In this document: positions 25,745 to 32,138 of the stretch, piece by piece
How positions within the stretch are numbered: position 1 is the stretch's first letter
Layout: each line of letters begins with the position of its first letter
Assembly: GCA_016209725.1 (NCBI GenBank)
Contig: JACQVO010000116.1
Location: 1-32,138, forward strand
Direction of reading: 5' to 3'
DNA: 32,138 nt
Source: Candidatus Methylomirabilota bacterium
GTDB lineage: Bacteria > Methylomirabilota > Methylomirabilia > Methylomirabilales > 2-02-FULL-66-22
Program-made: the position numbers and the translations under genes
Notes under the pieces: generated by a model
The model's database searches: none
The model's input: only the letters and a program-made list of their open reading frames with translations
What the model was told of the DNA's origin: nothing

Positions 25745-25775
25745 ACAGGCCCTGACCAGACAAGGAGGGGACCAC

Positions 25776-26612
25776 ATGACGCGAGACAAGGTGACGGTCC
25801 GGACACTCCGCCGGATGAAGGAACGGGGCGAGAAGATCACCATGCTCACGGCCTACGATGTCTCCACGGCGCGGGCGGTGGATGACGCGGGACTCGACGT
25901 CGTCCTCGTGGGGGACTCCCTGGGCATGGTGGTCCTCGGGTATCCGACGACGCTGCCGGTGACCATGGACGAGATGGCGCATCACGCCAGGGCGGTGGCC
26001 CGCGGCATCTCGCGCGCCCTGCTCGTCGTGGACCTTCCCTTCATGTCGTACCAGGTGAGTCGAGAGGATGCGCTTCGCAATGCGGGACGCCTCCTGAAAG
26101 AGGACGGGGCAGAGGCGGTCAAGCTGGAAGGGGGACGGGAGGTCGCAGGGACGGTCGAGGCCCTGGTGGCGGCCGGGATCCCGGTCATGGGGCACCTGGG
26201 CTTGACCCCGCAGGCCTTCCATCAGATGGGCGGATATCGCGTCCAGGCCCGAAGCGCCGAGGAAGCCGACCGGCTCCTGAAGGACGCCGCGGCCTTGGAA
26301 CGGGCGGGGATCTTCGCCCTGGTCTTGGAGGGGATTCCGGCCGAGGTTGCCCGACGGGTCAGTCAGGCCCTTTCCGTGCCAACCATCGGCATCGGGGCCG
26401 GACCGTTTTGCGACGGGCAGGTTCTGGTCACCCACGATATGCTGGGCCTCCAGACCGACCTGTCGCCCAAGTTCGTCAAACGGTACATGCATGCCCGTCA
26501 GCTCTTCGTGGAAGCCATGCGGCAGTTCCGTGACGAGGTGCGCTCGGGGGCATTTCCCGGCCCCGAGCACAGCTACGACCTCGATCCTCCCACGCCGCAA
26601 GGCGCTCCATAG
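25776..26612 (+). CDS. panB: 3-methyl-2-oxobutanoate hydroxymethyltransferase
   Basis: Internal ATG of track ORF 25656..26612, with AAGGAGGGG upstream. Motifs [16 protein letters not shown] and VKLEGG. Confidence 0.93.
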   Translation: MTRDKVTVRTLRRMKERGEKITMLTAYDVSTARAVDDAGLDVVLVGDSLGMVVLGYPTTLPVTMDEMAHHARAVARGISRALLVVDLPFMSYQVSREDALRNAGRLLKEDGAEAVKLEGGREVAGTVEALVAAGIPVMGHLGLTPQAFHQMGGYRVQARSAEEADRLLKDAAALERAGIFALVLEGIPAEVARRVSQALSVPTIGIGAGPFCDGQVLVTHDMLGLQTDLSPKFVKRYMHARQLFVEAMRQFRDEVRSGAFPGPEHSYDLDPPTPQGAP

Positions 26613-26761
26613 CTCTGGCGCGTGCGGGTCCGGGTCTCGCGCGAGGGCGTCACGCTCCCGTCGCAGCCAGGCGTTGCCCGGCCCGGCGCGCAGAGGGCGG
26701 CGAGTGCTGGCATCATCCGACCCGTATCCTGGCTCGGGCCAACCTGGCGGAGGACGGATTC

Positions 26762-27607
26762 ATGCAGACCATTGAGACCCCGAGGGACATGCAGAAGCTG
26801 GCCGAGGATCATCGCCGCGCGGGGCAATCCATCGGCCTCGTCCCCACCATGGGGGCGCTGCACGAGGGCCACCTGAGCCTGATCCGGCGCTGCCGGGCCG
26901 AGAACGACGTGGCCATCATGAGCCTGTTCGTGAACCCGACCCAGTTCAACCGCCAGGACGATCTGGACCGCTACCCCCGCGACCTCGCAGGGGATAGCGG
27001 GCTGGCCCGCGAGGCCGGCGTGGACATCATCTTCGCGCCCACGGTCGAGGGAATGTATCCCCAGGGGTACCAGACCTCCGTCACCCTGGAGCAGCTTCCG
27101 ACGCGATGGGAAGGCACCTCGCGTCCTGGCCACTTCCAGGGCGTGGCCACGGTCTGCACGAAGCTGTTCACCATCTGCCGGCCGCACCGGGCCTATTTCG
27201 GCCAGAAGGATTATCAGCAGTCCCGGGTGGTCCGGCGCCTGGCGGCCGACCTCAACCTGGACCTCGAGATCGTCGTCCTGCCCACCGTGCGGGAGGCGGA
27301 TGGGCTGGCCCTCAGCTCCCGGAACGTGCTGTTGAAACCGGAGGAGCGACGCCAGGCGAGGGTCCTCTCCCAGGCCCTGTTCCAGGCCCAGGCCGACGTC
27401 CGCGCCGGGCAGCGCGATGCCACTCGCCTGCACGCCGCCATCGAGGATCGCATCCAGACCGCTCCCTTGGCCGTTCTGGACTACGTCGGCGTGTGCGACC
27501 CGGAGACGCTGGTGCCGCTGGAGAAGATCGAGGACAGGGCCGTCGCCGTGGTAGCCGCCAGCTTCGGCACGACGCGCCTCATAGACAATGCGCTCCTGGA
27601 ACCGTAA
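26762..27607 (+). CDS. panC: Pantoate--beta-alanine ligase
   Basis: PTMGALHEGHLSL (HxGH) and FGQKDYQQ; 281 aa. Confidence 0.95.
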   Translation: MQTIETPRDMQKLAEDHRRAGQSIGLVPTMGALHEGHLSLIRRCRAENDVAIMSLFVNPTQFNRQDDLDRYPRDLAGDSGLAREAGVDIIFAPTVEGMYPQGYQTSVTLEQLPTRWEGTSRPGHFQGVATVCTKLFTICRPHRAYFGQKDYQQSRVVRRLAADLNLDLEIVVLPTVREADGLALSSRNVLLKPEERRQARVLSQALFQAQADVRAGQRDATRLHAAIEDRIQTAPLAVLDYVGVCDPETLVPLEKIEDRAVAVVAASFGTTRLIDNALLEP

Positions 27608-27611
27608 CTGG

Positions 27612-27660
27612 AATGACCAATGACGCAATGACCAATGACCAATGAATTTGAAGAATTGGT
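27612..27660. repeat. (AATGACC)x4-5 tandem heptamer plus an inverted AATTGGT after the panC stop
   Basis: aatgacc aatgacgc aatgacc aatgacc aatgaat ttgaag aattggt, starting 5 nt after TAA 27605-27607. Confidence 0.75.
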
Positions 27661-27724
27661 AAGGCGATCCAGGGCACCTCTGGCGGTCTTGGCGCCATGG
27701 CGGTTCGTTCATGAGGAGGGATGC

Positions 27725-28081
27725 ATGTTTCGCGTGATGCTCGCCGGGAAAATTCACCGCGCCACCGTGACCGAGACGCACCTGGATTACGAGGGGAGCC
27801 TCACTGTGGACGCCGATCTCCTGGACGCCGCCGGAATGGTAGCCTACCAGCAGATCCAGGTGTACAACGTCAGCACGGGCGGCCGCTTCGAGACCTATCT
27901 CATCGAGGGGTCTCGCCACTCCGGGGTCGTCGCCCTGAACGGGGCCGCCGCCCGGCAGGGCCAGCCGGGGGACAGGGTGATCATCGCCACCTATCACCTG
28001 CTCCCGGAGGAGCAGGTTCCCCATCACCGCCCGCGGGTAGTCTTCGTAGACCAGAAGAACGCGAGGCTCTCGATCGCCTGA
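27725..28081 (+). CDS. panD: Aspartate 1-decarboxylase
   Basis: MFRVMLAGKIHRATVTETHLDYEGSLTVD with the Gly-Ser self-cleavage site; 118 aa. The track ORF start at 27635 lies inside the heptamer repeat and is rejected. Confidence 0.93.
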   Translation: MFRVMLAGKIHRATVTETHLDYEGSLTVDADLLDAAGMVAYQQIQVYNVSTGGRFETYLIEGSRHSGVVALNGAAARQGQPGDRVIIATYHLLPEEQVPHHRPRVVFVDQKNARLSIA

Positions 28082-28162
28082 CACGAATCGGGTTTTCCAT
28101 CTGTGTTTCCGGGTGGCGGCAAGACTGGGTTCAAGATCGCTCCCCTTCGTTGAGAGGATCAA

Positions 28163-28467
28163 ATGACACATGCCGTCTATCGGGTCGTTGGGTATGAAGT
28201 GGTCGGGCCGTCTACGCTGCGAGTGGAGTTCGACGACGACACGGCACAAGTGATGACTTCGGGCCGATACTGCGTGGCGAGTTGTATGGCCCGCTCCGGG
28301 ATGACCGCCTGTTCCGGCAGATCGTGATCGACCCGGAGGTCCACACGCTGGTTTGGCCGACGGGCGCTGACTTTGATCCGGCGATTCTCCACGATTGGTC
28401 GCGGTACGAGAGCGACATGCAGCGGCTGGCGCAGCAGTGGGCAACCGCCCAGACCAAGGCGTCGTAA
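28163..28467 (+). pseudogene. DUF2442-family gene with a 1-nt frameshift
   Basis: Frame 2 from ATG 28163 reads MTHAVYRVVGYEVVGPSTLRVEFDDDTAQVM and then runs to a stop at 28325-28327. Frame 1 continues DFGPILRGELYGPLRDDRLFRQIVIDPEVHTLVWPTGADFDPAILHDW... to 28467. The join lies at ~28250-28257 (caagtgatgacttc). Confidence 0.65.
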
Positions 28468-28625
28468 TCGCGCGGCGCCACCTGCGCGCAGGAAGGTGCC
28501 GGACACCTTTCAGTAGCATTGTCAGGTGCGGCTCAGCCGCCGCCCCGACAGGCCGCAGGAGCGGGTGATCGCGGGGAAATGATCCAGGAGAGTTCGAGGA
28601 TCGAGGTGATCAGGGGGAGCAACGA

Positions 28626-28997
28626 TTGGAGCAGCAGGTGACCCTTCCCGGCACCCTTTGCCTCGCGCTCCACACGCTCGCGCGGCTTGGCCCGGTGTCA
28701 CAGCCCGCGATCCCCCGGCTCATCGCAATGCTCGACGAGCCTGACCCCAGCCGGGAACTCCGGTCGCGTGCGGCACGGGTCCGGGGCCAGAATGGTCCCG
28801 CCCTCCCGGCGCTCCGTCGGTCCCTCCTGACGGACGATCAGCCCAAGGTCCGGGCCCTCGCGGCCGACGCGCTCGGCGCCATGAGACCGCGGGCGCACGT
28901 CGCGCTCCCGGACCTCGGGAAGGCACTGGGGGACCCCGATCCCGCGGTCCGCCGGCAGGCGACCCGCGCGATCAAATCCATTGGCTCCGGTCCTTAG
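28626..28997 (+). CDS. HEAT-repeat (PBS-lyase HEAT-like) protein, possibly a fragment
   Basis: Repeated ...P.L...L.D.DP.VR..AA.ALG... units (DQPKVRALAADALGAM, DPDPAVRRQATRAIKSIG). The only starts are non-ATG (TTG 28626 or GTG 28638), and the frame is open from 28569. Confidence 0.5.
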   Translation: MEQQVTLPGTLCLALHTLARLGPVSQPAIPRLIAMLDEPDPSRELRSRAARVRGQNGPALPALRRSLLTDDQPKVRALAADALGAMRPRAHVALPDLGKALGDPDPAVRRQATRAIKSIGSGP

Positions 28998-29193
28998 CAG
29001 ACTTATTCAACTTGTCTGCTGACCGTCTCCGTCAAGCGCTGCATCCTGGTGTGACGACTACCTGCGTCCACATGCCCGCTGTTTCTTCAAGACGCCTCAG
29101 AGATAGCCTCTTCCTGGATCCGTAACTGTCGCTCGGATTCACGGATTTCCTCCGAAGGCCTTTTCCCGCCGACGTTCCTCGCCGATTCAACCC

Positions 29194-29225
29194 AGAAAAG
29201 CAACCGGAATCAAAAGAAAAGCAAC
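29194..29225 (+). promoter_or_regulatory. Perfect 11-bp direct repeat AGAAAAGCAAC x2 (21-bp period) upstream of the orphan gene
   Basis: Copies at 29194-29204 and 29215-29225, with a degenerate third copy (gcgagcaaac) at 29231-29240. They sit in an AT-richer spacer ~120-150 nt upstream of ATG 29347. Confidence 0.35.
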
Positions 29226-29346
29226 GAGGGGCGAGCAAACCAGGTGAGGCGTGTTGTAGAAATAGCGCACCCGGTGCAGAGCCAGGCGGGACCCGGAGAG
29301 GGAAACCTGCCCCAGGGATGAGGCGCGTGTGAAGGAGGGTGCGGTC

Positions 29347-31506
29347 ATGGCTGAGACAAGACCCGCTGAGCAACTGCAGAAAGGAATTCACGGGCCCGAG
29401 AAGGAGCGAGTGCAGTTCAAGCAACTCCTCGCCGAAAACCCGAACTACTTCGGGAATCTCGCCGACAGCCCGTACAAGGTGGTGAAGAAGATCATCGGCA
29501 ATCCGACCTATGAGGAGCTGACCTGCGTTGGGTACAACCCGGACCTGGCCCAACTCGAGGCCCCCTTTCAGGTCAAGCTGCCGACCGGGTACGGCGGCGA
29601 CCTCTGCCATGCGGGCTCGACAGAGTACGTTCGATTCTTCCTGGATTACGGCTCCGGGTGGGTTGACCAGGGCGTGGCGGCGGTGAACGTCCACGACATC
29701 CCCAACGCGCTCGACTGCGCCAAGCACCCGGACAAGCCGCTGACCTACGTCGTGTCCCTGAAGATCAAACCCCAGGCCGAAACCTGCGCACACCCGGTCC
29801 TGCCCCGCGTGCGCGCGATTCTCTCGTGGCAGACCATGCCTCCGGCCGGCAATGCGGCCTGGCCGCCGATCTGGGGCAACGTGCTTACCCGGCACATCCA
29901 GATCAAGCCGCACGTGAAAAATGTCGTGGCCCTGATCGACGTCCTTGCCGCCAAGATCAAGGACAAGATCCCCCTGCCGCCGGAGTACGAGGTGATCAAG
30001 TATCACCCGATCCCGCTTCCGGACCCGCCTCCATACCAACTGGCCGATCTGGTCAAGCTCTATTCAGGAGGACAAGCCGCCAAAGCCGCCAAGGTCAGCG
30101 TCGAGCCCCATCGCTTCGGGTTGGCCGACGTTCACGCCACGCTCAGCTCGGGCGCCCTGACCCAGGAGGCGTTGTCGGCCAAGGCCGAGGAATGGAAGGC
30201 GGTCGGCCTCGACTGGGCGGCCGTCGTGGCCGCCCTGAACAACGTGAAAGCCGACGTCTCGTACGAGGAGGTGGAATGCCTGGGGCTGGACAACAACCTG
30301 GAGTGGCTGGCGGCCACCTTCCGCATCAAGCGGCCCACCGGGTACTCGGGCGATCTGTGTCACAACGGCAGCCAGGAGTATATCGCCTTCTGGGCGGATT
30401 GGGACGACACCTGCGAGTGGACCTATCTCGGAACCACGTCCGTCAACGTCCACGACATCAGCAGCATCCCGGCGGATGGGCTTGCCTACACCGCCCTGTT
30501 CCCGGTGGATCTCACGTTCCACCGGCGTCCCTGCCAAAAGCCCAAGATCGGTCGGGTACGGGCCGTCCTCTCCTGGGCCGTTCCCCCGTCCACGACGGAC
30601 CCGAACGCGCTCACGACCTGGGGCAACCGCCTCGACGCCCACGTCCAGATCAAGCCGGGGCCGACGATCGCGGGACCGACCGCCATCATCGGCATCCTCG
30701 GGGGGATCCCGATCAGCAAGATCAATCCGTTCACGGGATTGACCACCTTCGACGCGTTCTTCGCCCTCAACGGGCTGGCCCCGGATGCGCTCGGCCGACC
30801 CTGCCCGTTCGCGGGACGCGTCGTCCTGCAGGGTCCCTCGTTCCCGGGCTATCGGTACAAGGTCGAAGTCCACAAGGTGGGCGATCCCGGGCCGTGGACA
30901 CCCGTCACGACGACGATGACGCTGGTGGACTGGACGGGGACGATCTTCACCACCCGGGCGGCCGATCCCGGAACGCACCTCTTCAGTTTCCAGCCGTTCT
31001 GGCTGAATGTGGACAACGTGCTGGCCTGGTGGGATACGACCGGGGACGACCTGTGGGAGATCCGCTTGCAGCTCTACGACCTGGCCACGCCGGCGAACCC
31101 GGTGGGACCGCCGGCCAGTCACCTGATTCAGTTGGAGAACAGCGGGATCGCCGACGTCCGCATCCACATCGCCACCGGGGGAGACTGCAAGATGTTCCCC
31201 AAGGCGACGACCTTGACCGGGGCCTTTGTCGCCCGCGACCCGTACCTCGGCTCCTACAGCCTGGGCACCAGCCCGTTCGCCGCGCCGGCGGGACATCTGG
31301 TTCCCACCGGCGGGACGGCGCAGACCGCGCCGGCGCCTATGCTGCCGACCGCGCCCCCGCCCGGCGGTAACGCCTGGTCCCTGGACACGAACGGCATGGC
31401 GCCCTGCGGCTACGTGCTGGTCGTGACCGCGGTTGACCGAGCGATCGTGCACAGCGCGGCCGTAGGGCATTGGGCCTCCGCGTCGGTCGGCTTCTGCATC
31501 CAGTAA
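29347..31506 (+). CDS. Orphan 719-aa protein with two tandem ~133-aa Cys-bearing modules and a ~280-aa C-terminal domain
   Basis: ATG 29347 with AAGGAGG 9 nt upstream. The composition is balanced, whereas the overlapping frames are R/G/P-rich. The internal duplication spans nt 29509-29910 versus nt 30262-30657. There is no signal peptide or TM segment, and I recognise no family. Confidence 0.8.
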   Translation: MAETRPAEQLQKGIHGPEKERVQFKQLLAENPNYFGNLADSPYKVVKKIIGNPTYEELTCVGYNPDLAQLEAPFQVKLPTGYGGDLCHAGSTEYVRFFLDYGSGWVDQGVAAVNVHDIPNALDCAKHPDKPLTYVVSLKIKPQAETCAHPVLPRVRAILSWQTMPPAGNAAWPPIWGNVLTRHIQIKPHVKNVVALIDVLAAKIKDKIPLPPEYEVIKYHPIPLPDPPPYQLADLVKLYSGGQAAKAAKVSVEPHRFGLADVHATLSSGALTQEALSAKAEEWKAVGLDWAAVVAALNNVKADVSYEEVECLGLDNNLEWLAATFRIKRPTGYSGDLCHNGSQEYIAFWADWDDTCEWTYLGTTSVNVHDISSIPADGLAYTALFPVDLTFHRRPCQKPKIGRVRAVLSWAVPPSTTDPNALTTWGNRLDAHVQIKPGPTIAGPTAIIGILGGIPISKINPFTGLTTFDAFFALNGLAPDALGRPCPFAGRVVLQGPSFPGYRYKVEVHKVGDPGPWTPVTTTMTLVDWTGTIFTTRAADPGTHLFSFQPFWLNVDNVLAWWDTTGDDLWEIRLQLYDLATPANPVGPPASHLIQLENSGIADVRIHIATGGDCKMFPKATTLTGAFVARDPYLGSYSLGTSPFAAPAGHLVPTGGTAQTAPAPMLPTAPPPGGNAWSLDTNGMAPCGYVLVVTAVDRAIVHSAAVGHWASASVGFCIQ

Positions 31507-31544
31507 TCGCCTGGGTTCCACCTCAGTACGCCCCCAGGGACATG

Positions 31545-31586
31545 CGGCGGGTAACGGGACACTCCCGTTGCCCGCCGTGTGTTTCT
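31545..31586 (+). terminator. Rho-independent terminator of the orphan gene
   Basis: cggcgggtaacggg (31545-31558) pairs with cccgttgcccgccg (31564-31577), with one G-U wobble, and is followed by tgtgtttct. Confidence 0.65.
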
Positions 31587-31793
31587 GAGACTGAACCTAC
31601 AGCACCTTCCGATCACGGGATCCTCCTGCGCATCTCCGATTCGTTCGCCCCCCCGTTGCGCCTCACAGGCGGGCCACTCGACGCTGTCATGGTATAGTAC
31701 GGGCGACGTGTCGCACGTGGGGCGGACCCACCGAAAGAGGGCGAGGGATACTCGCCCGTCCTCGCGTGGTGCGTCTCAAATCCTTCTATAACT

Positions 31794-31881
31794 CCGTTCA
31801 CCCTGAGCCTGTCGAAGGGTGAGAAATTCGGGCTTGGTTGCGAGTTCAGCCGAACGGCTTCGACAAGCTCAGCCTGAACGG
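31794..31881. repeat. REP/MITE-like palindromic element, copy 3
   Basis: ccgttcaccctgagcctgtcgaagggtgagaaattcgggctt...cttcgacaagctcagcctgaacgg is near-identical to copy 1 over the left arm. It generates the spurious peptides PFDRLRVNG and FDKLSLNG. Confidence 0.75.
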
Positions 31882-31910
31882 ATCCCGGGTGAACCCGGAT
31901 ATTGCAGTTC

Positions 31911-32054
31911 TCACGCAAAGCACGCAAAGGACGCCAAGACCTGCACGGGATTCCTCAAAACACGCTTGGGGTGGATCGGGAATATTCTGGCCGCACGCAT
32001 CCGACACAATGGACGTCCCGGCTCGTCTTTGCGACCTTGGCGATCCTGGCGTGA
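31911..32054. repeat. Second type of inverted-repeat element (30-bp imperfect terminal inverted repeats)
   Basis: tcacgcaaagcacgcaaaggacgccaagac (31911-31940) matches the reverse complement of gtctttgcgaccttggcgatcctggcgtga (32025-32054) at 23 of 30 positions. The arms flank ~84 bp. Confidence 0.4.
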
Positions 32055-32138
32055 TAAATCCGGGGTAAAACCAATACTGAGTAATCAGACTACACGTGTG
32101 CGTGAGGAGAGAACCATGGAGTGGAGACCATGACGAAG

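Noticed and set aside
1654-27660. Possibility that the short tandem repeats are CRISPR arrays
   Set aside because: The units are only 7-8 nt and directly abutting, with no spacers. No 25-40 nt repeats or cas genes are present.
27635-27724. Track start of panD at 27635 (MTNEFEELV...)
   Set aside because: That start lies inside the AATGACC heptamer array. Canonical PanD begins at MFRVMLAGKIHRATVT (ATG 27725).
26573-28519. 648-aa minus-strand ORF
   Set aside because: It is antisense to panC, panD and the DUF2442 locus, with shadow-frame composition and no recognisable motifs.
29826-31521. Alternative frames inside the orphan gene: 29826..31370 (+, 514 aa) and 30064..31521 (-, 485 aa)
   Set aside because: Both are dominated by R/G/P/A, as expected for off-frames in GC-rich DNA. 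The 29347..31506 frame has balanced composition, an internal duplication at protein level, an RBS and a terminator.
32130-32138. ATG ACG AAG at the window edge as the start of a further gene
   Set aside because: Only 3 codons are visible, so it cannot be supported.

Overview
High-GC (~65%) bacterial chromosomal window dominated by a plus-strand housekeeping supercluster. The order is xerC (3' end)-hslV-[AbiE-like pair]-hslU, then argB-argD-argF-[SDR + decayed RelE/ParE module]-argG-[unknown nitrilase-superfamily-like ORF]-argH-FN3 lipoprotein. A ~6 kb block follows, with a trypsin-like lipoprotein protease (+) and a minus-strand operon of sensor kinase, sigma-54 activator, orphan receiver and small periplasmic protein. 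Next come lysA-dapA-dapB-dapL, folB-folK-deoxynucleoside kinase and panB-panC-panD. The window ends in an accessory tail: a frameshifted DUF2442 gene, a HEAT fragment and a 719-aa orphan protein with an internal domain duplication. Many junctions are translationally coupled (ATGA/GTGA overlaps). From memory, the arg-lys gene order resembles Geobacter-type deltaproteobacterial, NC10 or Rokubacteria-like genomes; the taxon cannot be established from sequence alone. I recognised no rRNA, tRNA, CRISPR array or intact transposase. The most interesting items are: (1) a divergent E-K-C (carbon-nitrogen hydrolase-like) protein wedged between argG and argH; (2) the orphan 719-aa protein with two ~133-aa Cys-bearing modules; (3) a recurrent class of 7-8 nt tandem-repeat hairpins at gene 3' ends in nearly every spacer of the biosynthetic cluster; (4) a strong sigma-54 promoter with palindromic enhancer sites next to its activator; (5) toxin-antitoxin-type insertions splitting the conserved hslVU and argF-argG junctions. 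CDS ends are anchored to the ORF track. Coordinates of non-coding features were counted by hand and may be off by 1-2 nt.
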